A DNA stretch of 64,000 nucleotides from Marsupella aquatica (lineage: Eukaryota > Plantae > Marchantiophyta): NCBI GenBank assembly GCA_973895155.1, contig OZ316892.1:3165223-3229222 (forward strand), written 5' to 3'. The notes beneath the pieces were generated by a model. The model was given only the letters and a program-made list of their open reading frames with translations, was not told the origin of the DNA and made no database searches. Shown piece after piece: positions 1 through 13,179 of the stretch (position 1 is the stretch's first letter; each line of letters opens with the position of its first letter). The translations under genes and the position numbers were made by a program.

Positions 1-440
1 AAACAATATTTTCATAACTAGAGACTTCCAAATGTTAACATCTTAATAATACTTGCATTAAATTTCAATGTAAGCTTCCCATGATCAAACCTTCGCTTAT
101 TCACCCCACCTTCCTCATAATCTTTCACCCCTACTTATATTTCTAATGTTCTTTCCCATTTTACTTGTATGGCGTCAAGGGATTGAGAGAATGCTTTCTA
201 TTTTGCTTACCAAGCTTATTTATTTTATTTTATTTTATTGCAATTAAATTGTCTTTTAAAATATATTTTATACCCAACCTGGAGATTTTTCAAATATTGA
301 TTTTTCTCAAAGCCCACATACTGCCCAAGTTCTTTTTATTCTTTAGGCACCATAAAGGGCATAATCTAGTTATGTCAACATCCAAACATGGATAGGTTTA
401 GTTTGTCAATAGAGTTGTTTGTGTCGAGAAGTGACATTAC

Positions 441-742
441 TCTTCACACGAGTCTTTACACACAAAAGTAATATAGATTGTTGGATTCAAAACCTCTAAT
501 GGTATAAAAATTCTTTTTGAGCTAAGAGACCAGACAAGTATTCACACACAAAATGAATTTGAATGGTTGGATTCATAATATCTAACAATATGAAGTATTC
601 ACACACAAAATGAATTTGAATGGTTAGATTCATAATATTTAACAATATGAAAGCTCATTTTCAGTTGAGAGGCCACACTAACCTTCACACGAGTTCACAC
701 ACAAAATGAATGTAATCATTCGATTCAAACCATCTAATGATT
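441..742. repeat. Degenerate AT-rich tandem repeats (57-bp near-perfect pair at 541-651 plus related flanking units)
   Basis: 'ttcacacacaaaatgaatttgaatggtt(g/a)gattcataata' occurs twice in tandem, with related units near 445-500 and 683-740. A similar motif lies inside the Helitron near 19385-19490. Confidence 0.65.
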
Positions 743-1992
743 GGATATTTATAGGGTGACATGGAATTTTGACAGAATTTTCAGATTACAAAAGTCTCTA
801 ACTAGACCCGTAACAAGGATATGTTTTTCTGAGTTTGTGCAAAGTGATAAGGCTGAAGCTGAAAGATTCCTTCTGCCCGCCCTCTTGGGGCGAGGAAGCA
901 GGTCGCTACGATGGCTTACTCCATTGTCCCTTGCCACAATTCGGGATCTGTGGACTTGGAAGCCGTTTTGTTCACACAAGGAAAACAAATTGCACAACAA
1001 AAAGTAGGAGTTTTTAGAGATTCTAACGATACACTATTGGGATAAATCACTCATCTCTAAGAGAATTCATTGGAGGATCAGTGTCAACAGTCACCTGGTT
1101 GTCGATAACATATAGTGCCCTGCAAGTCTCGGGGATACTTAGGTTACTCTTCCGAACTTAGAAACTCTCGAGGTTTCCTTTGACAAAACCATCAACCAGT
1201 GAATGCCATGAGTGGTCGTTTATTTTGGATCTTGATATTAACCAAGCATGGAATCACCATTCTAGCCTGCTTGTATCTACAGTATAGCCCTCTAACACCT
1301 CACCGAACGTTTCTGGAATAAGATCCCCGTCGCAATTCATTGCCCACCAAGGACTGCTCCGCAGTAGCGTTGGACTTGCCTATCTGCCCCAAAATCCCTA
1401 CACTGACATGAGGACGTCAATGCAATCTAGCGTTGAACATCTTTTGAGTTCAAGACATCCTGCTTTACCTCTAACACCCCTAAAAGCCGAACAGTTCATA
1501 TTTCTCCAACTGATGTAGCGACCCTGCCATTGTCATGGACAACACTGGCCGGTACTCAATATACCAACCATATAAAAGGGGAACACAAGGTTATGCGACC
1601 TATCTGTATTTCCAGAGTTCAGTGGTCTAAAGATTTAGTAACAGGAAAGCCTATACACAATGACAAAGAATGTCAGGAGATCTGATTTCTCAATAACAGG
1701 AAGATGTCTATCTTCCACTCCACTTCCTCTTGCTCGACATCGAAATAACATTACTCATTCTGCACCGAATACGATGATACTTTCTTCCCGCTCAATTTGC
1801 TCAAGCGGGTCGGAAATTATGAAGACACGCTTGCGAATGTGCAAGTTGCAAGTCTCAAAGAATCATTTGATGTGTATAGTGGACTTGCAGTATGCTTGAT
1901 TTCCTGCGCATGCAAGTCGTCAATGAGGATAAGGAACTCAGTGGAGGAGGATACAATTGCGAGATTTGCTTTGACTCAATTTAAGACTCCTT

Positions 1993-3731
1993 TCACAGAC
2001 CAAAGTAGGCCCACATACCACTTAGATTGCTGATGCCTAAGCCATTACAAGTCAAAATCAACCCCTTGAACCTGTTTAAATATTCCTGCAAAAATCGCCC
2101 GCCAGGAGAATTCAGAAGCTTGAATAACATACAGATTCACTTGTACGAAGATAACAAACCGTTTCCCTTTATCAGACCCTACATGACACCCTGCTGAAAC
2201 TGTAATCTCTCCAGCTTGAGCAAGACAAAATTCATGACCTAAAACAACAACTCCCCCTTGATCCAACATACAGAATAACACTTACACTAATGCTGTAATC
2301 CTGAACAAAATCGCCGTTCATATCATAGTCTAGGCGCTTAGCTGGATCACTCAATACTGCACAGGACAGGCAATTTATCAGCCATCACAGTTTCCGTCCT
2401 GATCCGTAAGGGTAATCTCAGACGCTGTCAATGTCTATGTCCAAGATGACTTTGTAGCGTAGAGGTACATAACATCAGACTGCGTCAATGCCTAAGTTGC
2501 ACTTAACGCAAACTAACAAACCTGGATGCTGCAATCAAGGAACTGTGGCTAATAAACTTAAAGATGTGTATAGCTTTCCCATGACATACGAAAGTCATCC
2601 GTCGTGCCTTGTCGATAGAAAGTAATGAGCATGCTTATCTATCAATCTCCCCCAACACCGAAAATGACATATTGCCTAAGCCCTTCGGCAAGTATGTGCC
2701 TCCATTCTAGAAACTGTCTTTGGCCAGTTTTTACGTGACATTCGACCAGTCTAACTGCCACTGCCTCAGTGGTAGCAGGAGAAACGACAAGGCAAATGTG
2801 CAAGTAACATATAACGCTCAATGAAAGGACACCCAGGATTGTTTGCACAAAGTTTCTTAACAATTCGTTATCCAAAACGACTTCTGAGAGAAAAGCACAC
2901 GTTGAGAATAACTTCGACCAACAACTCCCACCTCGATATGCCTCGTTGATCTTCTGAAATTTAAGAGTTGCCGATTGTTCGCCACTGTGCTTATCTGGAT
3001 GCCATTTCTGAACCGAAGAAGCAGGTCATCAGGTCTTCATTCATCTCGAGGAGACCAAATTGCGCCTCAGTGATAATCAGAAGTTGCCCTAATGAGAGAG
3101 AATTCAAGAGCACTCCTCTCACCGATGGGAAGAGACACTGACCAGTGCAAGGCGCAAATAGTTGCTTCGAATAGAATCATCAGTTGCATCATAATCAACT
3201 CCCAGGACCTTATAAAAATCCTGCCAGGTAACAACAATAGATTCTCAGGAAAAACTCATAACCTAGCCATCAAGACGTGGTGGATATGAAAATCCATACG
3301 GACAGCATCCGAAAAGGTAGTCGACTGAGAACACATACATCAACAAGAAATACAGTCGGACATAGACTCTCCCTTCCGCAGAGAACTTCAAGCACATGGT
3401 ATTATCGTAATTGACCATTTCAGACTTTCACCCCTCACATGAATTTCTGTAACCCATTGCCTCACACGAAACCTAAGCGTTACATGACCCTCCGCGACGA
3501 GCCGTCGGACTGTTCTGGTATTCAGTTGATTCAGATGTTTCTGCGTGGGAAAAAGTTCATCGTGCTCCTCACAATGCACAACAAGTTCCCATCCCCAATT
3601 ACGCACCCATCCGAGTAGAAGTGAGAGCATAGGGAAGACCGTCACCAGTCATGGCCACTCACCTTCTGCTCGTCAGCGACTACATTGAGGCCACGACAGC
3701 TTGACGACTGGCCGTCGTTTCCCCAGCCCAT
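1993..3731 (-). CDS. Small J-domain (DnaJ/HSP40 type III) protein, spliced
   Basis: GT-AG exons in consistent phase: 3731-3663 (MGWGNDGQ...EQK), 3220-3143 (DFYKVLGVDYDATDDSIRSNYLRLAL), 3007-2932 (KWHPDK...FQKINEAYR, HPD motif), 2356-2286 (LSDPAKRLDYD...), 2085 onward (EYLNRFKGLILTCNGLGIS). The C-terminus is uncertain: read-through to TGA at 1993, or a donor at 2018. The gene is not in the ORF track because its exons are short. Confidence 0.9.
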
Positions 3732-4855
3732 ATCAAGCTCAACGACCTTGCGCTCGCCCCCAGCCCTGTCTCTCACTTCGCCTCAGCACTAGAAACCCCA
3801 ACCAACGGTCCTCAACCTCATCGACCAAACGGCCAAGTGTTCCAAAACCAAAACACCTTTCTTAGTCCGCCACCAAATTGCCTTTCGTTTGCGTCCTATC
3901 ACGTCGAGATTGGGGCTCGGATGTCAGGGGAAAGCACTCTGTGACAATGCCGAAATTCGGCACAAGTTGACAGACCCAATCAAATCGCTACACACACACG
4001 GGGAGGAGGCACGACTGAAAATCTAGTACTACAGTTCACCAATCCTGCCGCTTCATCCATCCATGACTATCCTCCGTATCAGGGCAATCGCTTCCAGAAA
4101 AAACTAATCTAAACCAGTCCAGCACTTCACTGCCTTTCGGCAAATCGTTTTCAGAGAGCACCGCTACATGACATCTTATCATCCTCCCTCCCTCCTCCAC
4201 CGAAACCCCACGAACGGCACACCTCTGTCCACACGTCCTCCCCCTCTCCCTATGACCTCGCACGCTTTCTTTTTCAGCCCTTTCTAAACCGAGTCATCAT
4301 CGTTGGCCCAAAATTCTCCAGTAGCCGCGGCGATGGAGTGGACTGAGCCGAGACCACCACCACTACCAGTGGCCGGATTGGAACGAGGAGATATTAGAGA
4401 ATAGAAAAGAAAGGAATGGAATGTTGTGGATGAACGACGGATTGTGAGGGGACCTTGGGAAGCAGGAAAAGTGGCGAATGGGCGAATCGAGAGAGAGAGA
4501 GAGAAAGAGAAAGCGAGCAATTGGACGAATGAAAAAGCGGTCCGGGGACTAATAAAACGACAGAACGGGAGCAGATTGATTTGGCAGTGTCCGGAGCCGC
4601 TCTCCTAGACAAATCGCAGTAGGACACCGGACTCTGGTGCATGTACGAGAACTGATTACGTAAAAAGGACTAGGACGTGACGAGGAAGGGATCCTCAGTG
4701 ACGAGGAGGGAAATCCCCAACAGTTTCCCGAAAAATTCTCCAGTCTCTCGAGAGGAGAGCGAAAAGCGCAGCCCGAAAAATCTAGAGGAAAGGAAATGAG
4801 AGGAGAATCTAGAGGAGAGGAAAAGGAGAGGAGCTGTGATCAACCCCCAAAATGA

Positions 4856-5032
4856 AAGTATTTGCTTGAGAACCCCCAAAATGAAAGTTGTTACTTGATC
4901 AACCCCCCTAGGTCTATCAACGGTCCAGATCTGGATTGAAAGGTCCATCAATGGTCCAGATTGGAGAGAAGTATCGTGGGGGCTGATTAAGCAAACTTTT
5001 TTCCAGAAGGGGGTCTACTAAGCATATCTCTC
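4856..5032 (-). mobile_element. Mutator-like (MULE) terminal inverted repeat / MITE copy 1
   Basis: Reverse complement of 55142-55317. Its terminus (GAGAGATATGCTTAGTAGACCCCC read on -) resembles the TIR end of the TSD-bounded MULE at 36501. Confidence 0.7.
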
Positions 5033-5042
5033 AGCAAATCAT

Positions 5043-5310
5043 GGGTATGGACCCGTCACTCCGGACACCCGTCGTCCCGATCGCCCGGTCCCAACCCTGT
5101 GGAGTCATGATCCCACCTCGTCCCGACCCGGCCCCGCGCCCCGAAGTAGGGGATCGGCTCGCTAAACTGGGGGAGTCCGGGGGAGCCGGGGACCGGGCAC
5201 AAAAGGGATTTGGGAGAATTTGGGACTCATCTGGGAATAAAGAGGAATATGTGTCATTTGGCCCCTTTTGGAGTCATAACGTGACAAGTTTATGTGTCAG
5301 GCAACATGTA
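5043..5310. mobile_element. GC-rich DNA-transposon subterminal remnant (hAT-like CCCG/ACCCG motifs)
   Basis: Clustered CCCG/CCGG motifs; aligns by eye, in inverted orientation, to 23470-23650. Confidence 0.45.
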
Positions 5311-6185
5311 AACTTGTCCATCAACTCACACCCGGGAGAGGAGAGAGTGAAAAACAGAGCGAGCTAGATCATGATGAGGCAGTCAAACCTTGGTTTCAGC
5401 TTTGCTTCAGAAATTGAAGAAGAAAAACGATAAATTTGCTTGAATGGCCAAACTAAATAACAACTAAGAAAGTGAAGCCAAGATAGACTTCCATGTTGGA
5501 CACAGTTTGGTGGTTGGTGTGAATTTTGGGTTTATACCTTGGTTATTATGAGTCTTAAAATAATCTTTAGTTTTTCACCTGCAATGAGGTAATGTAACTA
5601 GAGAGGAGGAGACATAAAAAACACAGGCTGTAGTATTTTGTATTAACACAATGAGAGTTAATCTGATAGTATTTATTCCTATGCATTCATAATGATTAAC
5701 TTAACCAAAATGGCCAAAAATTCACTGTCACTTTCAATTGATGGAATGTCCTCAAAACTTAATGTCCTCAAAACTGAAAAATATTTGAATTCATGAACAT
5801 CAACTTATTACAATTGAACTCAAATTCTGGGAAATAAGGTCCATGGGGGTTTCAAACACCAACGTTGTGGTGTTAGGTTATGCCTCTAGTATCACCTATT
5901 TACTTTCATAGTATTAGCTAGGCTTAGTAGACTAGGATAGCACCTGTTTGAGTTTCAAGTTCCCATAGACCATACAAGGGGTATACCCAAGGGGAACACA
6001 AATTTGTGCTCACAATTGAAGATTCACTTTTCAAGAGAGAGAATAAGAGGAGGAGCTCTAGCATGTTGACGATGGCAAGTGTAGTCATTTTGCAAATCTG
6101 AATTTCTTTCATGGCCGTGAACGTAGCTCGGACGGGGTGCACCATGTACTTTCAGTGTCAAATTTTATGAATGTTTGTTCATATG

Positions 6186-6558
6186 TGTTGACGTTGCCTT
6201 GTTTGTTGAATTATGACATCTTCCTGCATGACAATACAATCATGACTCATACCATGCTCACGTAGTCGACACAATTCATACGTGGTTTACCTCTTCTCCA
6301 AGGCTACGTCCACACGAACACCAACTTTACTTTAGAGTAATCGAACACACATGCTCTTTTTCTTCCTCAAGTTTCTCCGTTACAATGAGCAAGCACTATC
6401 CGCCAGTGGCTTACACTAGCCTTGGTATATACAAGGTCACACATGACTAACCTAATCTCAGCTAAGTCCCTAATTGTGGTTAACTTAATTGTTGTAATGT
6501 ATGAGTCACAAGACTAAGAGCAATCCTTAGCATTGTTCAGTCTATATTTATCCCAACA
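6186..6558 (-). mobile_element. Copia-like solo LTR
   Basis: TGTTG...CAACA termini. On the - strand it has a TATA-like 'gtatatac' and a 'gtggacgtag...aaccacgt' motif typical of plant copia LTRs. Flanked by TATG on both sides (4 bp, where 5 is expected). Confidence 0.6.
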
Positions 6559-7006
6559 TATGGTGCATAGGAGCATCATTTTTTAACCATCATATATAAT
6601 CATATCAAACTGCCAGAAAACAAATGGTGCTAGGGACACTATCTCACAGTCAGGCAAGAAACCCAATCAAGGGTAAAGAGTAAAAAAGCCAAAAAGCTCA
6701 GAGGAGCCCAACCAAAGCCTGGCCCAACAATACCTACCTATGTGCAACAGCCTAGTAGGAGGGTCAAGCAAAGGGACCCATCCTAAGCAGAGGCCCTACT
6801 TAGCCCTATATCCTTCTGCCTCCCCTTGATATACAAAGAATAGTGAATGCCTTAGCCCTCTCAAGAGCTATAGATACCTGTTATCTAAAGAAAGTCATGA
6901 GTACAAGTATTTAACAGAGGTCAAGAGGAGACCTCGGAGGAGACAGACAATTATAGGATAACCGGAGGGGGACTACAATACTACCGTCTTCCTCCAAACA
7001 CAGTGC

Positions 7007-7270
7007 CATGACGTTGTGTTAGAAAATGGAAAGTACGCACAAAAAAAAACCATTGTTTGAACTCAAACATTATTTCTATTTTAGGCAATGTTTGGGTATT
7101 GTTCGAATTAGACCTTGTGTTTGAGTTTTTAACCTCAACTGTTCTAAATTGAACCCAAAAGATACAAAATTCATGAAATATATGACAATGTTAATATTCA
7201 AACGCAAATGAATATTTGAACACAATACCATGATTGGAACACAATGCCCATTTTTGAACACAACATCGTG
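7007..7270. mobile_element. Possible old MITE with imperfect TIRs
   Basis: 'catgacgttgtgttagaaaatgg' is an imperfect inverted match to 'ccatttttgaacacaacatcgtg'. No TSD resolved. Confidence 0.35.
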
Positions 7271-7414
7271 CAAGTATAAAATGAAAACAAATAGTCTAAA
7301 CTTGAATACAATGCCCTGGCCGGGCGTACTATTTGTATAGAGCACCCCATGGCCCACTATATAACTCTTATGTGTTCCCGTGGACGTAACTTCATTGGAG
7401 GCGAACCACTTATC

Positions 7415-10400
7415 TTTCTTTGTCAAGTACTTGTTTGTTAAGCAATCATGTGAGAGAATACACACATACTTTATACAGAAAAAGGCCAAATAGAGTACAA
7501 AAGAATAAACAAGAGAGGTCCCAAGTGGACAAAACCAAACGCAAAAGAAGTGAGCATAAGGAAACCCTAAAAACCAAGAAAGAGGAACTAAAAGAAGTGA
7601 GCAAAAGGAAACCCCTAAAAACCAAGAAAGAGTAACTAAAACTACCGCAAATGGACCGAGGTCCTCATCATACCTAGCAAATGTGGCTACAAGCTAGTGG
7701 TCTACATCAAGTGTCGAAACTAGATCGGCAAGTGGGACAGGAATGTCCTCTAGGGGGGCTAGCCGCTGCGGAGTCACACTAGCACCCACTGTCAGAGATC
7801 GACGATAGACGGCCCGAGCTTGAGCACGCTGTAAGGTGACTGAAATGCGTTGGCGAAAGTGCGTGGTCAAAACAGATAGCGGGGGCCCGGTGGGACCCAT
7901 CCGGTCGTGAACATCCCGAGCAGCTTGGCGAAGAAGCCCGTCGAACTGATGATGAAGACGCCCAAATATCTCAAGAGCAAGGGGCAGGAAGCTATCAGAT
8001 GAAGCTCGTGCAGCATATTTGGCCTCCTTCGTTTGTGCTGCTCGTGATGCTGCTGCCCCTACCGTTGTTGCCGCTGTCCCAATGATGTCTTGGCGCAATG
8101 GGTTTGCCACCACTACATCTGCCAAAGTACGGTGACCATCACGGACCATGGTAAGATCCACCCGTAACCGCTGTGATGGAGGACCAGGTAACTCGAGCAC
8201 CACCTCTCGCCGCGCGCAGACCAAAGAGCCAGAGAGAACCTGAGCAATCGCATCTCTCACAGCGTCGTGAACAAAAATGGTTTCGCCGCCCAAACTGCAT
8301 CGAAGAAGATGGACACCTGTGGCATCACAAGGCTTCCCACAAGTGCAAGTAGGAGGTAAACCAGCAAGAAGTGGGTGGGGCAAGCCCATACGAAGACGCA
8401 TGGCTGTCGCAAACTCCGCTGAAGACATCCGCAGGTGAGGAATGACTGGATTGGCCTGTAGCCAGCCTCCTGCGCCCTTCCCTCCGGAAGAAAGAATCCG
8501 AGCTCGGTCCGTGTCAGGTGCCTCGGTGAGGATGCTGGAGAGGGTGAAAGCGTGCATACGCCCAACAAGGTCTGCCTGAAGACGGACGGGGTCCAAGGAT
8601 AAAAACTCCTGGAATGAAGGTAACGCAGCTCGAACAGGATCGGGTAATGATGACCGAGCCGTGCGCAAATGAACCTGAAATGGGAGGGAACCCTCCTCGA
8701 CCTCCATGAGAGATGAAAGTAAAAAAGGTCGATCCTCAGTAAGGAAACGATCTGCCAACAATGAGAAGGCGGCCGCCCACGCGCCCAAGAAGGCCAAAGG
8801 TGCAAGGCGCTCAGTGGAAGTAAGCCCAAAACCACCGTGAGAAATAGGAAGACTGAGCTGTCGATGAAGCCACGGAGATGAGAGTAAAGTACCTGGCCCT
8901 AAAAGAGAGGCCAAAGTCTCACGAATGGAGACATCAAACGCTCGGAGGTGTAGAGAAAGATCCTCGGTAGGGGGATGTGTCCGAGCCAAATAGGACGCAC
9001 GAGGGTGGATGCATCTCAATAACACCCCAAATGCTGCCTGAGAGTCTGCTAACTTAGGGAGCATAGGAGTAGGGGCTAAGGCAGCCTGGAGAGCGTCAGC
9101 AATGAAAGATGAGCAAAAGGAGGCGGTACCGACTGGGGAGCCAAGGACCCGAAGACCGTCGGCAGGATGTAAGAACCCAGGGGGAAGCGCAAGATCAGAG
9201 GGTAACCCAGCTGGACTCCATGCATGACTCTTCACCGGCTGTACTCGTAAACCGAGGCCCAACAAATGGGTGGAAAGGGTGGCGAGGGCAGAAGTAACAG
9301 CAAAAGGTGGACCAATGATGTGGGTGTCATCTGAAAGGGAGGGGAAGATACACTGGGGGTGGGCCGCGGAGGCTTCTCGTAAAGCAGTAAAATGGGCAAT
9401 GGCAAAAAGAGGCCCACCCAAAGGGTCACCCTGACGTGTACCTTCTGCAGAAGAAAGAGTGGTATACACTCCTGTAGAGGTGTGATGACTATAGAAGAGG
9501 GGGGCCTCACACCCATAAAAACAACGGACAAAGGGGATAAGGGACTGGATGTCTGGATCCGCTGCCCTCAAATCACGAAAAATTGCTGCCCGAGAAACCG
9601 TATTGAAAGCATTGGAGACATCAACCTGGAGGACAACCCAATCAGGGTGGAGGTCCAAGGTAGTACGAATACCCGCAATAACTATCTCACAACCGCCAGG
9701 AACGCCCACTGCAAACTGATGTGGAGAAAGATGATCCGATAGTGCAGAGCGATACTGCGATGAAAGTGCGCGAGACACCAGACGAAGAAAGACCTCTCCA
9801 ATAGCTATGGGCCGAACACCCGGTGAAGACTTAGCCATGGCCAATAAACGAGAAGCACTCAAAAGCCGAGAGACGGGAGGAGGCAAACGGCCGGCAACAA
9901 TACACTGGCAAAAGGAGAAGAAAACTGGAAAACCAGACTAAGGATCCTCAGGGGGGAATAAATCACGAAAATGCTCAAAGACATAGCCAGAGGGGCCACC
10001 AGCCGCGCAACGCGGAGCATGGAGGAAAGCATAGGTGAAGTGGTCCCTACTAAACTGAAGATCCTCCTCAGGCTCAAAATCCTCCACGAACAAAGGGAGC
10101 TGATCATAGGGCTGCGGATGGAGATCCTGAAGGGCCGTCAAGGTGACCTCGCCAGGGGGGGCTGGTGTGGTGGGAGAAAGGGCCTGGACCGCACGACGAT
10201 ATTCACCAGCCTGGGCCAAACGACAAGAGCGACGAAGGCGTCTGTGCTCTGGAGGATGAGAGTGGCGAGCTGGGTCAGACAAAGCACGGGTAGTAAAGGA
10301 ACGGGCTCGAAGAAAGTACTCTTCCTGAAGCTGTTCCCAATCTCCCCGCAGAAAACGATGGATACGAGAGGCAGTCTCACGATGACCCACGCGACCACCG

Positions 10401-11880
10401 TGACTAGGGAGGGTAAGAGTCCACTGTGGAAAAAGCATGAGTAAAGACCAATAGGAGACCTCGATAGGATGCGCCAAGATAAGCTGCATGAGTTGCAACA
10501 AGGATGACCGAACTAATGGGCGCAACGCTAGTGGGATGTGGTTATAAAGGCGAGGTCTAATGTACCCTGGATGGTAGGCTGGAAGGGGGTCTAGAGAGCG
10601 AACCCAACTCCATGCCTGCTCGGAAGCCTCCAAGGAAGGAGGGGCAGAGCTAACTGGGTCAAGAGGGGGCTGGGGCTGGGATTGGGCTTGCTGGCGACGT
10701 TGGCACCGGCCCCGCCCGCGGTGATGAGGAAGGGAGAGGCCAACCCAGCCACACTCAGGACAAGTATGCAGGGGACGCTCGTCTGGGGAGGGAGCAGGGA
10801 CCGACTGGACAGGAGGTGGGGGGGGAACCGACGTGGATGAAGAGGCTGAAGGGGGATGCTGGAGGGGTGGAGGGGGAATGGGCTGGGGAGAGGAGCCAGA
10901 GCGTCGATGGGGTGGGCAGTAGACTGGGGGGACTGGCAGAACATCGGGCATGGGGTCATCACAAAGATGAGAGAGATCCAATGAAGAAGAGCAAACACGA
11001 AGGCGACCACGAGGCGGGGGGGGAGGAGGGGGGAGAACTGTGTGGGGGGGCTGGGCGCTTGCCCCGCGCCAACACTCTCAACGTAGACATGACAGGTCGC
11101 AACCCGATAAAAGCAAAAGCGCATCAAGAAGCGACAAAAGGCCCAACCAAGACATGTGAAAAGAAAGGGAAGGCTATGGAGAGAGCCCACCGCGTCAAAA
11201 TCCGAGAAGCGGCGCCCCCGCTAGCCTAGAAAACCGTTGAGCACGTGCAGGCACAGCCGGGAACAAAGCTAGAGCTCTCGTCGATGTGTCCGTTGAGGAG
11301 TCGATGCGAGTGAATATCTCTCCGCTGATTTGAGCGTGCTGCTACAGCTCCCAAAGATGGTGGAATGCAAACTGGTCCACAAAAGGACCGCGGTAGGGAT
11401 AGATGTTGCACTCCCGGACAAGAGTTGGCCAAATCACATGAGAATGCCGGATTCCGTGAACGAGGAACTGCTACAGGACCCTAAAGCTAATTGAAAGTGA
11501 GAACGGTGGAAATTGAAGAAAAAACGTGAGAGCTAATCAAAGTCCAATCGGGGCAATAGGAGACCAATTGGACCGCTCTTGGGATCAATCTGATACTCCC
11601 GGAGAAGAGCTATACAAAGCACTTGAGAAATCTGAAATATGTGAAAGATTGACCGAGATATGACCGTCGAAAGGAAGACGAAAATCGCAGAAAAACGACT
11701 GAAAAACGGCGAAAACGAATGTGACCATAAGTATGTTGATACGGCACCGTTTTGGACGTGTTTTATATCGATTTGATGCGCCTCGGCAAGAGCAAGCTAA
11801 TGCAACTGAGAAAATTGGATTCCGAGAAAAACTGAGTGCGGGAGGGTAGTCGAAATGGCGCGAAAACTGTGCTACAGTTT
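7415..11880 (-). mobile_element. RLE-type (CRE-like) non-LTR retrotransposon, near full length
   Basis: GC-rich block with a single ORF encoding ZnF-RT-CCHC-RLE. The 3' UTR has a ~47-bp tandem duplication (7543-7640). Both boundaries are approximate, and no TSD or poly(A) tail was identified. Confidence 0.9.
7694..10981 (-). pseudogene. Retrotransposon polyprotein (zinc finger, reverse transcriptase, restriction-like endonuclease) interrupted by one in-frame TAG at 9940-9938
   Basis: ORFs 9938-10981 and 7694-9886 are in the same frame. Motifs: CPECG...HHRGRGRC; VRPIAIGE; LQVDVSNAFN; QGDPLG; LSDD; LRVLGSP; CTCG...HLLRC; HDAVRD; RVDL...LADV...KEAKY; FLPLALEIFGRL. Confidence 0.9.
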
Positions 11881-13179
11881 GAACTCCATAGCCAGGAGCT
11901 CAAAGACCAAAGACCTAATCATGTGCATGCAGTTTAGAGTTGAATGTGTCTTTGCTCAACATCATAATGCCTCAAAACATTTGGGCCAAAAGCCTAATTT
12001 CAGGGGGATATTAATATGATATATCCAACTATGCTATGGAAATAGGGAGTTACTATATTCATAAACTTAAGCACTTACATGAGCCATACCAATCTTTTAG
12101 GCTATGCTTATTCACACAAGAATGATTGAATGTCCCAAAACTTTTGCATGACCCTCATCAAACCTTGCATCAAACCAATTAGATGAAAGGGAAAGGGAAA
12201 GAAAAAGTGAGTTAGGATTTGGGGATGAAAGAAACACAGGAAAAGGGCCAAAGATTAGGCCTGGTGAGCAAGGAGGAAAGACAAAATATTGCCAGGGCTG
12301 CAAGTTTGTGTTTAGCTGAGCTTTTGTTGACATTTAACACAAATTAGTTTCCACTTTTGTTGAGCATTAGTTTAAGGTTAGCTGCTCATTGTTGAAATTT
12401 GTTGTGTTAGTTGATTCAATAGGTCTGGCAACAACAGTTACTATTGTAGTGTGATCTTGGTTTATTAAAAAATATTCAATTATTAACAATTTATCCCTTG
12501 ACTAAGAAAATATTTTAGAGTGCATATGAAACCTCAAAAACGTTTCTTGATAAAAAGTTTTGAATGTTGTTAGTGAGCATTTTGTTGTAATCACTGACTT
12601 TGCAGCGTATGTATTATTTTTAATATAAACTAGTAATAAAACGAGGAGAACATCTGTAAGCTTCCTAACAAGTATTAAAGCATACACAAGTAGAACTAAT
12701 TTTGATGAAGGTTACTGGGTACCTCGGCTATGGAGCCTTTGCCAGCACTCAAGACTCACGATTGATCTGAGAATACCATAACTGTTTAGATACTTCAGGT
12801 CAACTCATCATACTCCTTCAAAGTTAGTATCATACCATCTCAAGTAATGGTACTTGTACATTCCCAACCCTTCCATATAGAGTAACCTGACACACAATTT
12901 CGTGCTCGAACATAGATGTAACTTGCAAATCAGAATAGAAAAAGTGTACCTTATTACAAAAAAGTGCACCATATTTTCAAACAATTGAATACCTGCTTAT
13001 TTTATGTCAAGGAAAAACAATTTGCCCTGATGGGCAAGTAGGAGATTGGGACTAAGTCTCCCCAATGATTAATTGATGGTCTTGCAAACACTATTAATTC
13101 CATGTGCAATGCGTTTTTCATGTGCTATAAAGTGTATAAAGGTCCTGTCACCTATCTCAATGGTTAACACCATATTCTC

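Noticed and set aside
8257-11229. Alternative-frame and antisense ORFs within the retrotransposon
   Set aside because: Shadow ORFs expected in GC-rich coding DNA; no motifs.
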